The notes beneath the pieces are model-generated. The model worked only from the letters and a program-made list of their open reading frames with translations. It was not told where the DNA came from and made no database searches. The position numbers and the translations under genes were made by a program. DNA of 64,000 nucleotides from Ptychomitrium polyphyllum (Eukaryota), in NCBI GenBank assembly GCA_973851085.1, contig OZ316775.1, positions 6,076,001 to 6,140,000 of the forward strand, in the 5' to 3' direction. This document shows positions 37,408 through 52,099 of the stretch, piece after piece (the stretch's first letter is position 1; each line of letters opens with the position of its first letter).

Positions 37408-40400
37408 CTCGTCTTTCCTTAGAAAATATTCTTCCAAGACCGTGCCGTCAGCACACACTTGGGAATAGTCACAGTCCAGCTGTCTCTTTGTAAACGCTAT
37501 AAGCGCCAGCTTAACCTAATTGCTTCGCTCTTCAAATCATCAAACTAATAGGAATATTGGAAGCAGATGAAGAGCTTCCAGTTTTATATAACGCGTAGCC
37601 GACAATGTAATTGAACGTGCTATGGAGTAAGATAGTAACCCCGAATCCAAATCCGTGACTGGACCACGATGTTTCCACTTCAGTCTCTAAACATTGATCA
37701 AGAAATATTAAGAGATTGTGGTAGTGCAACGGCCTTGCTGGAGCCCAGGATGTGCATCCTCTTACTAGAACTTCCGCAAGGACTATCTGAGTCACCTCAA
37801 GGGTCACCACCTCAGATGTGGAATATTGGAAAGGTAGTATCCACAATCTCCTCCAATTTCGTCGTCAATTTCTAAAAAGCTACATTTATAAGAAATCTGA
37901 CAAATTTCTGCTAATCAATCAACCATGCTATTGGTCTATGCACATACCTGCGAAAAAAACAGAGGATCCATCTCAGTTTTCCGAGTAAGTACACCAATTC
38001 TGTACAAGTGAAGAAACTCAAGCCAAGTTACAAAGCAAATGAACGTATATTGCTGTAGTGGTGAAGCTTTCATTACGACTCTCGCCTTCAATGGTATGAC
38101 ATATCGTACGTGCTCACAAGAACCGACAAGCATTTTCACCGTAGAACCTCTGTGCAACCATGTGCAAATACCAGAAACTTGCAAAATCTAGGTCATGGTT
38201 ATGAGGACAACTGACTGCCTAACAAATTCACTAGAAACACAATCCGCTGCATCAAGGAAAACTTTAGTATTTTAAATGGTTCGTGTAAGGCTGCCGGAGT
38301 GACAGTTCACATTCGAGCAGGAGACAAGGACTATTCTCTCCTACAAATGCACTTAACAGAAAGATGCGAATCATGGCGACGGAGAACCAGAATTTCACAA
38401 CCACAGATTGTACCTATTTCAAGATATCACGTAACAGGCGATCTCCCTGAGCTGGAATAAATGGCAATGCTCCACAAACAACTAGCCATAGTCAAGCTCG
38501 AACCAACAAACTCCTAGCTAAACCTCACAAGTGCACCTCCAAAAACCTCACTTCCGAAAATAGCCAAAACAGAGTAAACCAGGAATGCATCATTTTTCGA
38601 GAATCATCACGACAGCGCATCCTCTTCAACTCACTAAATAGCTTCCACGCCATTGAAACCAATAAAACATCAAGCCCACAACTCCCAGACTCGTACACAA
38701 AACATACTGCCATACCGTCGAGAAACTCGCCATTCCGTATTGCGAACCTCCAAGCCTCCACTTCGCACTACACCTCGAATCCACCCACCCCAACCCTAAC
38801 CTAAACCAGAACAGCTCTCCTTCTTAACCTCAACGTCAACCAACACCCAAACCTCACCTTAACGCACTGAACTCGGATTACTATCTAGGCACAAATCTGC
38901 TTCCAACAATCCGGGATCCTCGGCTCTAGAAGTGAACGGAATCACGCACACAGTTCACCGCAAGCTAGCATGTCACACACTCACTCTCTGCCTCCTCTAC
39001 GTCCACCTCAAGGCAGGGGGATCCAAGAAGCTAGCACCTGATCGAACAGGTTCCGTGACATCAAAACCGCCGGAGCGCAGTCCGAGGCTAGCTTGCAGCA
39101 CATGCACACCAAGTCTGACTGGGCAACATGTTGAGTCTAGTGGGTATCATGATACTGCAGCACTACTACAGTCCTCGACGACGATCGAGAGAGTGGGATC
39201 CATCGGTAAAGTTCAACGTAACTTAGTCGAGCAACAAAAGCAGCCAAACAAGAATCCCAAAGCTTGTGCCTTGGATGGCACAGTCTGGAGGTCTAGACAT
39301 CCAGACGCACATTGCGGAATCCAGTCCACTAACACTTCCAGCTTGAGTGGAAACTGGACGCGGCTGCAGAACAGTGGACTCGAGGCTACGGCGGTAACTC
39401 GGGCAGCGCAGCATTGCTGCATTTTCCTACTCAGTTTTTTCCCTTCACTCTACGCTTAGTACTGTGACGACGTCGGAGAACTTCCACGGCGTTGCGGGCC
39501 TTGAATTTCTCTCCCAAGTACAGCAGGTAGGTACACTGGGTACAGAACACAGAGCTCTGCAATTACTGCAGCCTGCAATAGTTCTGAGGACTTCAGTTCT
39601 TGATATCATTGAATCCAAGTAAAATGTGTGAAACTTTCTTCTTTACTCTTGTAAGCCCAACTCAGAACAGTTTTGAAACTGTATCTTTTTTGCTAAACTA
39701 AAATGAAATAGGACAAAGAATAGTAAATGTTTCAAGGGACAGAAATAAGATAATTGTTAAAAAAATATACAGTCAACTTCTTGCATAATGTAATGCAAGT
39801 TGTTATAACAAAATATGCCATATGTTGAGGTTTTTTTGTTTTAAAGAATAATAATCTCATGTAAAACCTTTAATTATTGTACTTAATAGAATATGTTATT
39901 AATAAACAATTATAAAGTGTCTAATTGTTCTAATGAAAGTTGTTGATACATGGTATTTGTTACACTAATTTGACATTGTGACTTTAATAACATAGCAAGA
40001 TATTTAAAATAGGTGTTTCAAAATACCATTTTTTGTATATTTACCTTTGTCTTAGAATACAAAAAACAATAATAAATGACTAAGAATGCATGTAACAACA
40101 AGCCAATGCATGTAGGAAACAAGATTGGTGATTTGGCACATACAATCTTAATGATTAGCAAAACTTACTTTCACAAGTTAAAATTGTACATTTGAAAATG
40201 GAACAGTTTTTTTGAATGTTTAGTGATGTCATTAAAGAATCTTAAGTTAATATATAATATGTGGCTCATTCTTAAGATAGCAACATCCATAATAATGACT
40301 ATAAAGTAATTAAACATGGCTATTATCCAATCATATTAATTCATGTTTTTAAGAAAATAAAAACTCTATTGTACTTCAAAATGTATTGTTTAATTGCTTC

Positions 40401-41899
40401 TTGAAATTAATGTAATTAACAAGATTAGGCTTGCTGAAGAATGATGTGTTTTTTTTATAATTTATCATTATGTTTATATCTCATAAAGTACTATATAGGT
40501 GATTAAAAGCATCTTAGTGAAACTACAGATTTCCAAAGTCATCTATATTTCTTATAAAGAAAAATCATGTCAATCTTTTATATTGATTTTTTCAAATTTT
40601 GGCAATTTCATCTAATAATTTGTAAAGATAGGGTTGACTTTGATGATTCAATATAGATTTTTGGAACTCGTATAAATATGTTTTTTTCTAGTTCATTTGA
40701 TTTGAAAAATATATGTTTATATACAAATTGTGTTCATTCTTGAAATTAAGCATGTATAGTTCTAAAATCTATATAATTGTAATTTTTTAAAAATACAATT
40801 TTACATATTTAAAGCAAGTTCAATTGAAGCTTACGACTATATTTGAGGCCCACTTTAATTGAAGCCATTGATTTTAGCTATAGCATGTGTTTTTATATTT
40901 TACTATTACATTTTCATATTCTAATGCAAAAATGAGTTGTTGTAGATTTTCCATGTTTCAAAAGTATATAAATTTAAGTGTGCATTTTATCATGCTTTCT
41001 ATTAATGTCTTATAGCTATATATAATATGTAACAACTGATATATTTATGATAAAAACCTACTTGTAGAAGAAGGCCAAAATTCTCCATTTTAAATTTTTT
41101 GGTAATCCAAATTTTTTTTAATTTTTTTTCTACTCCTTTTATTTAATTAAATTAATTATATGTATACTTTTGGTACTTTGAACATAAGATTAAAAGAATC
41201 AAAAGTGTCAAGTTTATAATTCCTATCAACTTTATTAATAAAAACTAAGTCATTATTTTACTTCAACATAATTTCCATTTTATTTATTAAACATAGCATT
41301 CTTTATTCATTGAGTACTATACCATTTATACTATAGCAAAGCATTTGGCTTAAATATGCTATTACATACAATGTTTTAGAAAAATTATGCATTTATAATC
41401 AGAAACAAAATACTATTATTGTATTATTCATTATCATAAAGAATATTATGCCTAAAGAAGTTATAAAAATAATAATTATATGTCAGTGTTTTGATAAAAA
41501 ATATGATAATATTTATTCTTTAAATCAAAAATTTAAAACTACAGTGAGTGACATATATAGATTATTATGTAGGTCCATGTGTTCAAATGATTTCAAATTA
41601 TTAATAGAATTTTGAAATTAAATTACATTTTCAAATCTTATCTTGTTATATAAAAGATGAAAAAATCAAAAACTACAACAATTTATTAATTCAAAAAATC
41701 CACAAAAAACCTAAGATCCAAGCCCCTTTTATTTTGGATCTACAACTCTATTTAATCATGGCATTGACTTTATAATAGGTAACTAATGTATATAATTCTT
41801 TAATAAATTTTTAATGTAATTCATGTTAAGAACATATATGACAATAAATTAGACAAGAAGTGGTTTCAAAAATTAGCCTCTAAGAGGCTACTAAGATAA

Positions 41900-42807
41900 T
41901 GAATATTGGTCCAAGAACTAGAAATAACACAATATAATGAATGTATTCTACACCTTGTATTAGCAAGATTGAAGTATATTGGCTATTAATTTACACCAAG
42001 AAGCTTATGCTTTCTAAAACACTTCTAGAAAGATTTTTTATGAATATATAGAATGCTTTGGAGGTTTATGAAACCTCCTTAAGAAATTTTTTAAAAAAGT
42101 GGACAATATTGGAAGCTATTAGAAACTACTAAAAAATACTTAAAAGTTTATATAAAACTATTGGAAGATTTTATAAGCTATTAGAAGGTTCTTTAATATT
42201 ATGTTGCATGCTATATTCTATAATACTTTCTAAGCACAAAAGTATATATTGAAAGAATTTAAAAACTTGGTGGTAAGCCCTTATTTAGAATTTTAAATAA
42301 ATTTTTTATGAACAATTAAGCATTCTTTCTATGAATAATCATGCCTCTAGGACATAGGTTGATTATACTAATGTGTGCATGTTGTGACCAATGTTAAAAA
42401 TACAAGAAACAATAAGCAAACATGAAACAATTTCCAAAGAATAATTTCCAATGACCTAATAATTAACAAGAATTGATACAAAGACTATAAAAAGAATACA
42501 ATACAAATATGATCTACAACTTGTCTTAGCAAGACTAAAATATACCTTGTCTTGCCTCCTATTTATGCTATGAAACTTGTATTTTCTATGATACTTTTGA
42601 AAAAGCTTCTTATGAAGCCTAAGAATGTTCTAAAAGTCTATGGAACCTTTTAAAGAAGTTTCCAAGGAAATGGAACGTTCACAAGAAGTTTTTCAAAAAG
42701 GTGGAATGATTATGAAAGGGTTGAAAGGATTTTAAGAAGCTATTACAATGTACCAAAAGGTTGTAGAAGATTTTAAAGACTATATTGCATGATCTATTTC
42801 CATGACA
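41900..42807. mobile_element. Two diverged, same-orientation LTR-like remnants (~41900-42225 and 42380-42807), probably decayed solo LTRs
   Basis: Colinear blocks tctacaccttgtattagcaagatt / tctacaacttgtcttagcaagact and tatgttgcatg / tatattgcatg, with ttctagaa/gaag-rich interiors. The second copy runs TG...CA (tgttgtg...catgaca). No target-site duplication found. Confidence 0.5.
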
Positions 42808-43804
42808 ACCAACATAAAGATGTGATATTATGGTCAATAATCTTCTTTAAATGGATTGTTGAACTCAAAATTTAGACTTGAGTAAGTTGTAAAAATTGCG
42901 ACTAAAGGAAAGTAGTAAAAGAAGGATGTCAATTCAAATAATAATATGTATTGCCCACAAGAGTGAATAAAAAAACATAACATCAAGTTCTACTCTATAC
43001 TATACTCACTTTAGAAAATTTAATTGAATATTTTCAAATAAAAAACTCACTAATTTGAGCCTTATACCTTTTTGGAATTTGCAAGTTTATTAACAAGATT
43101 GTAGTTCATCTATATAAACTTTCTAAAGATGACATGAAAATCTAGACAATGCCATTTTTTGAAGTCATAGAATGGTAATTCTATAATAAAAGTAGGTCTA
43201 TCTTTATTTTGTAAAGGTTTAAAATCAAAAGAAAGAAACTATCCAATATTTAAATTAGATATGACTATAGATCACTTTTTCTTACACCTTTACAAAATAA
43301 AATATATATAAGATCAATTATATAAGAAAATTTAGAGATTGCACCATAAGTTGTCCAGCATATGCTTATAACATGTGACATTGTTTTGAGCATTTTTATG
43401 ATTAGAAGGATGTTGCATGATGCCAATTCAAAGGTAAAAAGAAAAAAATAGATGTTGATGTAGAAGTTCATTAAGTACAAATTCGACCTTACTTAATGGC
43501 ACAAACATTAAACGGTATAAAATTGAGAGCATGTAATCTTGTTTAACAAGAGAAAGATGAATCAATATAACTTAGAAGGTCGTAGTTGGTGTTGGATTTG
43601 CTATTGAGAATTTTGTAATTTCATATGCATTTAGTAAATAATAAAATTTGGCAACAATTTGATAATAATGTAGAGATATATGATATCACAAGATGTAGCA
43701 TTGAGTTCCAATTCACATCAAATGAATGTAATATAATTTAATTTATTAACTTTTTCATCTATTTAGTGTAAATTCTATATTAGCTATTTTTGCTATCAAT
43801 AGGA

Positions 43805-43868
43805 ATTTGAAGAAGGTGTTATATGGATTTACTTAATTTGTGAATTTACTCAACACCTCTTCCAAATC
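43805..43868. repeat. Imperfect inverted repeat (MITE-like remnant)
   Basis: atttgaagaaggtgtt...ggatttac pairs with gtgaattt...aacacctcttccaaat. A related motif (catggatttgatgaagg) occurs near 9747. Confidence 0.45.
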
Positions 43869-44767
43869 CATGTAAATTCAATTAACATGTAAATTTATAC
43901 GGTAACCACATTATAAAGCCGTAATATATTTTGCTAAATTTAAGGTAAAATGAAGGAACATTGATACAAAAAAGTATTGTAAGAGACTTGATGGACATTT
44001 TGATGAAGTATGATTTCATTTATGCATTTAAAATTTTTCAACAAGACATTCCAGTTGTAAATATTGCAAAAAATATATTTAATGGTTAGAATGAAAGAAT
44101 GTGATTTATTTTGGCTTATACCTTCTATTAATGTAAATCTAATTGATCATATTTGCAAAAAGTTCAAAAAATGTTTAAACCTTCAAAATAAATTTAAGAA
44201 TTGTAGAAAAATATTGAAAATTATTGGAATTCTATCAAATCAAAGTATTATAAGAGGTTGTATTAAAGTATATTAAGTTGGATTCCAATTTTGTAGATGC
44301 TTAAGCAAGCATATAGATTATTAGGTCTTTTTTTTAGATGTATTGCAATACCAAATCACAAGTATAATTTTCTTTAAAATGTAATTTTCTAATACATATT
44401 TAAATGCTAAGGACCTTCTTTTCCAATTAACATATAATCCACTAAAACTTAACTACTATAATGAACAGTTTGGAAGAAGTTATTATTAGTGCTCCTACAT
44501 TGTTGATTGAATTGGACCTTCTTAGATTTGATTCAATTTTGTAAATTACTATCAATAAGAAAGTTCCACTTAAAGATTTAGCTCTATGGTTTATGAAATA
44601 TATTTGTTCTTAAAATATTGGCCACATAGTAGGTGCAAATTGTTGAAGAATATATGCCAACATCATCTATCATTTAATTCCAACTCCTTAGGAACTTAAA
44701 ATAGCCCTCATCCTCTATATAAAAATTACATATTCTATGGTCAAGTTACACACTTTATGCCTATCAT

Positions 44768-44828
44768 TCCATAGCTCTCTATCAATTCCGTAGCTCTATA
44801 TCAACTCCATAGCTCTATATTAACTCCA
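44768..44828. repeat. 19-bp minisatellite x3
   Basis: tccatagctctctatcaat / tccgtagctctatatcaac / tccatagctctatattaac. Confidence 0.8.
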
Positions 44829-45767
44829 CTATTACTTCTACATCACATAACTCAAGGTTGACAAAGGATTTGAGAGAGTATTTGCTTTTGACCACAACCA
44901 TTCTAAATATTAAAATTCACAAAAACTTTCTGACACCATTTTCATTACTTTATTATATTTTAAATCAAAGTCAAGCAAACTTATCCTACAACTTATTATT
45001 GAATAAACTTAAACGCCATTGCCTACCATTAATCAAGGCTTTGGCAACATTTTAAAGTCATCTATTCATCCAATTTTGGTGGATGAGACCTACATTTCAT
45101 GCCCATACAACATTTCATGGACTGTTAGTTTTTCTTTGGCAATGATAGTTTTGTAGCATAGTCACAGGATACACCTTGTACCCAAATTTACATATACTGA
45201 TAAATTTGAGCTAAGAAATGCTGAGTATGTAGCATACTCATGGACTGTGTTTTGACTGTGTTTTGTGACTAAGTATTGTTGTGAATTCTTACAGATTTAG
45301 ATTATTGGGATGACTCAAGGATTGTCTAACTTGTCATAGGTCAGCTGTTACTGCTTGAAAGACAGCTGTTATAGTTTGTAAAAGCTTCATTTAACAGAGG
45401 GAACAGAGGGCTCAATGGCAGTAAACCTGTTGAGCGGGCTAGTGGGCTATAAGACTTGTTGATTACAGTCTAAGAGGGCTAATGTTTTCCTTGCAAATTG
45501 TAAAATTGCAGATAGTTTTAGCATTGTTCTCTTCACTTTAGAGTTGCACCTACAAATATACTGTATTTTCTAAACTCATATAGTCCACATCAACACCTAG
45601 TATCTGTATAACCCAGCCATTGTTCATCAACTATTAAGAGAGTGACTTCATGAGAAAATAAGCATCTGAGATTGGCTTCACATCTGGTCTTGTCTCTTAG
45701 GAGATAAGCAAAAAAAATTGGTCCAAAATATGGGTATCTTAGGTAAATGACAAGGCACAAGAAAAAG

Positions 45768-45960
45768 TGGAAAGATACTTAAATATTTAAGATGGAAAAA
45801 AATATTTTCCAAAGGTCAACTCTTAAGTTGTCATTCTAAAATCATTCCTAAAATATTCAATGGAAAAAACTTTCCACAATAATTGTTGCCACTTAGGTGG
45901 CCCACTCATTTCTTATCCATCTTGAAATTGTTTTTTCTTGGACAATGGAACAAGGTGTAA
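45768..45960 (+). repeat. Dispersed repeat, copy 2 (homologous to ~26215-26415)
   Basis: Same colinear blocks as copy 1, same orientation. Confidence 0.7.
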
Positions 45961-48900
45961 AGCCTTGCAAGAAAACTTGAAACTTTTGACCAATCATGAT
46001 ACCAAAATTCTCTAAATAAATAAATAAATTGTTCCATGAGAGATAAGACAAGATATAAAATGGCCCTTCCTACTTGTTTTTAGTTAAAGTTGGTGCAAAA
46101 GAATAACAACCTTTATTTAATAGCATTGTATTTTTTGCACGTTTTTTAGGTGCAAAGAATAGTATTTGTGTATGTAAAAATTGCCATATACAACACATTA
46201 AGTACCATAACCATCATCAAAGTTGCAATAAATAAAACCAAAGAAAAATGCATAATGAATATGACTTCAAAGGAATTAAAAAATCATAATATGTATGTCA
46301 AACCACCATGAAATGGTTAAACCACCATATTCAAGCAAAAATATAACAAAATGATCTCTAAAAAACACTTATAAAACTTGACTTGACGAAATTGGCAAGC
46401 CAAGGGAGTTTGTCCACCTAATATACCTTTCAAATCTTAATGAGCATTCATTAAACCAACTAACATCAAAATTATACTGAATGAATGAAAAACTTTTTAA
46501 ATCAAACTACATTACATCATATAATATGGCTTTGCTTCTAACGCCATATTATATGACAATACAATAGTGTAATTATTTTTGATTGTTTATATTCTTTTTT
46601 ACTTTTAATACTTAAAAGTATAATATTAAAGTCTATTAATGACCAAGCATGGTATCATTAAGTTCCTTGAGTTTTGAATCATAGTTGGAATCTATTTGAT
46701 TTTAAGCACAAAATAGTGCAATTTATTACTTTGTCCACAAAGTATAAATATAGCTCACTTATCTCATAGAATGAATATTTGAGCAAGAAAAATGTCATCA
46801 ATGGTTCAACTTCTTATTTCACTTTATTTATTTTTATAACCATAGCACATTATTCAGTACAAGAAGTTTTATTCATCTTTAATTAAGTCATGTAAAATCT
46901 TTAAATTTGAATAAAATATTCATCCACTTAATGAATTAAATGTAGTAAATTTATGAATCTATTATTTATTTATTTATATATATATACATACATACATATA
47001 TATATATATAAAATTAAGTAGACAGATATGGTGCCATGTTGATGTTATTAATGCAACAAAAATTGTACTTAATTTATATAAATAGCCATTAATAAGTTTT
47101 GGATATTTTATTATGTCAATAAGATATAGTTACCGATTGTATGGAAAAGGTTGTTTACCTAAAAGTTGCTACTTCAAAAGCTCACCATGGTTGTCATCCA
47201 TTTGGTATATTATAAGATGTAGACATGGTTTAGAAGTTTGAACATGTCATTGTTACAAAGATTGTTATTTTCAAAACTTTTCATGTGTTCTTTTCATATT
47301 TTCAATTGAATTGTTGAATTAGATTCCAAATCGAATTTAGTTGTTGTGCTTTTTCATTTACATTAATCCAAGATATTTAAATGAAGTAGGAATCATTCCA
47401 TTTCAAAGAAGGATTAATTTTGGAAGTTTTTTCTTTGTTGAATTTGGCCATCTTTTACAATTTAAGAACATTTTCAAACACATTAACCTTTCTTGAGAAT
47501 AAAAATTATATTGTTGTCTTTTTTATTCTTTTAATTGACAATTTTATAAATAAAGTAGGTTTTTGGATAGAATTTCAACTTAATAGTGTCAAGAATTAAA
47601 ATTTGGAAATTTTTTGACACCTTGGTTTTCAATTTGTAACATCACAACTTTAATCTTAAAATTTATGTTGTCACATGGCACTAAATTTTATCTATGTTAT
47701 ATACAACAAATCTATTTTACTATTTATAATTAAAATTTCTATATTTTGCTTCTATTCAAACTTGTGATGCTTCAAAACCAATGTTATATTATATTACTGG
47801 ATATCAATGTTTACAACTCTCCTTTTAATGTAATTATCATTACTTATAACTTTTCATAGGTACAAAACACATCTCAAAAGATCAAAATTGCTAGACTGAA
47901 TAAAACATTACACTCTTTAACAAATCTTTACTTCACCTTTATCCTCTGTTTTGATAGGGGTCAAACATTGTGGCTGTAATTCACTAGAGCATCTCAAAAT
48001 GATAGGATGATTTTATTAGTCACTTTATATGGAAGATGTTCCCTAACAATTCATGCATTAACTTTTGAGTGATTGAAGTTTAGAATTCACCATTCAAGCA
48101 TGCTATGGCACGTTATGGGATACAACCCAGCTTTAATGTGCAAGCAGACATTCAATAAGTCACTGAGCTATTGTTTGAATATAGGGGAGGCTGTAGTCTC
48201 AGAGTAGGTACTTCAAGGGTGAGGTACAGTAGGGTGGTCTATAAACAAGGGAATGGGCCTTAACAACCATCTTCTAGAAGGTTTGATTTACATTATGGAG
48301 CATATGCTCGCCCGAAAGTATTCATCTTTTATGTATGGTAATAGGTAGAACAACCCGTTACCACTGCAATATGGAATGTTCCTTTTTGTAAATATTGCAT
48401 ACATTTTCAACAATTTTAGGTAAATAAAAGATAAGGTTTGAAATCTAATACAAATGAAAAAATAAATCTCATAAATTTTCGAATTGGTTGCAAATTTTCA
48501 AAGGATATTTTTTTGTAAAAGGCCTGTAAATGCTATTAAATTAACTCATTAATTATTTAAATAATAACTAGTAACCATCACATTTTATTCAAATTTCATT
48601 CAAATTATCATGCATAAAACTAATATCTACCACATTTTTTCCTCTAAATTCACATAAATATACCTCCTTTTCCATTACCACCACTCCATGATTCCATTTA
48701 GACCCAATCAAACCCATTACCACCACTAACAAAGCCCAAACCACCAATAACAAGTTTTATTATTAATGGTAATTCACATGGGTGATGTCTTATTTTTTAA
48801 AACTGATGACTATGGGTCTCCAGTGCTGACAAGCTGTTCTACACTATAGCTTATTTGGTGAGCTCATCTCTCCACTCTCATGGCATGCAAAACCAGCCAA

Positions 48901-51900
48901 GGGGTTCGTTGTATCTGATTAGGGTAAGGTGGTGTTGACTTTTATTGCAAAATCACACATGTTCAATAGTGCTAAACTACTGTAGTACAGAATAACAACA
49001 TTCTGGAGGTTTATGTTAACTGGCAGCTATTTCTTAGTTGGCTGCGTGGGTCCTGGAATAAGGTCAACTGGGTGCCACCTGGGTAAGGCTGCAGCAATTT
49101 CAGCAAATGGCTGCTTATAGCTGGAAATTTTGGAGATATTGTGCAATCAAGCAATTTGGACTAGGAGTTGTACTATAAGCTGTTCAGAGGTATAGAAGTG
49201 ACCAATTTGATTCTGTATAGAGATCATTGGGATCATTTGAGGAATCTGTACCATACACCACTTGGCATAACACTCTTCAGGAGGTGAAGAACTTGCCTTT
49301 GCCATGGAATGTAAGGAAAAGACAATGGATTATTAAGTATGCATGTGGCAATATGCAAGTGGATGTGGAAGTCAAGATTGGTGAGTTGAAGGAAGTATTC
49401 GTAGGTGTCAATTGTTATTTTAAATAAACTTTGACTAGGACCTAAGATGGTCAAACTTTTGATTTACACCAATTCATTTTGATAAAGTCAAAGTCAATTT
49501 TTCTACTTATTTTTAATTTATTGGGCTTAAAGATGATCTTAAACTTTAGTTGAACTATCTCCTATAATAATGAACTTTCTCTTTGAAGATGGAATTATAT
49601 TCTTATAAAAGATTGTTTACAATTTTTTTTTAAAATGCTACTAGAATATAAAACAGAGCATTTAAAGTCGATACTAGGCATAATTTATGTGTAGAAGAAA
49701 AGTACTATTATTTGAATGAATAAAGTGTTTGTTTATTATACCCTTTAGATTGTGTATATGTAATCTACAAATAACCATATAGAAAGAGTCATTAAGTTGA
49801 ACATGTTTTCTTAACACTTTCCATTCATGGTTTATAAATAAAAGCAAATGGGCCTAGGAACCTTTAAACTTATGGTTCTATCTTCTATAAAGCAATTTTG
49901 TGAGCTTAAATTTCTTCTAAGATTAAGCAATATGTTATTTAATTTTCTTTGAATCACATTATTAATTTTAGAACTTTCTATCAAAAGTTTAGACATTTTT
50001 ACATTTTTTGAAATAGGAAGCTCAAAATTGTGCAAACCTAGGATTCTATAACTATTAAAGATCTTTTAAACGTTTTCATTTAAAAAGATTCCTATTGCTT
50101 TTCATTTAAATGATTTTTGGCTTCATGGATTTTTTAACACATTATAAATATTTTGTTTTATCTTTTAAGAAAATTACTTTATTAAAAAAATGAACTTGAA
50201 GCTAATATTACATGCTTGAAAAATTCAAATAATGACAATCCAAAAAAATTGTACAATTCAAATGAACTAGATTTTTTTTCTATATCATTTTATAATATGT
50301 TATGACATCCAACAAAATTTAGATCTTTGTTTAATAAAATTGATACTAAAAAAGCTTTCTAATTGAATCAATTAAAATAATTGGATTTAAAAATATATAC
50401 AAGATTGATTTTTTGGAATTTATAAATGCGCTTAACAACTTCCTATGAAGAAAATAGTTTTAGTAGATTAAATTCAACTTAAAGAATATATTGATGAGGA
50501 AAAATATATAAGGTATTCATACAGTAAAGAAGTTCATTGAAAAGAAGGAAATAAAGAAGTAATTTTGATAATAATAAAGAAAAGCCACAAGGTGTTGTCC
50601 AAATTAACAAAATAGTGTCTTTAAAGTGAATTCATCCATGCAAGAATGGAATCCACACGCATCTTTAATTTATAAATCATAATATTATTAATTGATTCTA
50701 AAATTGAATAAGTTGTAGAAATTAATTGGTACAAGATGCATAGAAATGATCATATGCAACCAAAAATTGTATAAAAATTCTATTAAAACCATTAAATTGA
50801 TAAAAAAAAAAAAACATGGAAGTAGTTGAAAGACTAAGTTGCTATTGATGACATTGAAAGGCATAAACAACCTCAACTCACCACACATTCTCTAATGCAT
50901 ACAACAAAGCTAATTTGTTTGGACCTCATTTTTTCAAAGTGCTATGAATCCTTTACTTTAAACATGACTCATATAAAATCTAATTTTCAATCTAATATAT
51001 GCTCAAAAAGATTATGGAAGAAGAAATTGTAAATCAAAAAGAAAGAATAATCATTACTAAATAAGAAACCAAATTGGATTTAGGAATTATAGTGAATAGC
51101 CTTTAATATACCTTTAAAGAAAAATTGCAATTGCGATTTTTAAAAAATGTTCTTTGATGAAATTAGCTAATTATCTCTTAGCTCTTAAACCACATGAATT
51201 TGTTCCAGTAATTACATACTATTAATTTTGAAGTATCATGCTTTTTTTTGGAAGTTGGCATAAAAATCCAATTGTTTAATTTTGTCCAAGATTAAATTTC
51301 CTTATATTGAAATATTTTCCAAATATTCACAACACTTTGGAATGATGCAAGATTCTTTTTATAAATAGGTTTTTCAAGGATATCTTCAAAAGACACAAGA
51401 TTTCTTTAAAATCCAAATATAAAATAAAATGATATTGAAGGCTCTTTATTGGCTGTTATAAAATATTGGAAATTAAAAGAATAGCAATGTCCTTAATATC
51501 AAGGGCATATTGTATATGTGTGTCAAATTTTATTGATATATCAGTTTGTTGACTTGCAATATTAGTCACATGTTCTCATCTTCTTAATTTTAGATAGCAT
51601 GTTTATTGTCTAATAGATATTTGGATGCTTTTAAGCTAGAGTATTTTTTCATATTGAATATTCATGAATATATTAAATATTGCAAATTACCACACTCTAC
51701 CAAGTGGCTCATAAGAAAGTTGAGGTGGGTGTTGATATGTTACAATTTGAAAGAAAGTACAAAGGTGTAATGGCTCAAGGTTTAGAATTGTACGTTGTTA
51801 TGATAAAAGAGCATTTTTTTGAAAAAATGTTGAGCCTCTGGCTGCTACTAATTACTCAACAAATGATAATATGGTGTAACACAAATATTTATAATAACAA

Positions 51901-52099
51901 ACCTTAATGAGTTAAAAGATTACAATGAAATAATACTCCCTACACAATATCACACCACTATCCAAACTCTCATTTCATGTTATTCCAACTCTATGTTCTA
52001 CACACCCATACACACTAACTTTCCCTCCCCTCTGCTTAAACTAAACACCCACTAAAAGCCACACTTACTAACATGAACCTAAACTCAAAACTAAAAACC

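Noticed and set aside
38932..39459. 175-aa plus-strand ORF
   Set aside because: Non-ATG start, no recognisable motif, and it lies in the probable 5' leader or promoter of the minus-strand glycosyltransferase.
44768..44828. Regular 19-bp repeats as a CRISPR-like array
   Set aside because: Head-to-tail with no spacers, in eukaryotic DNA with no cas genes.
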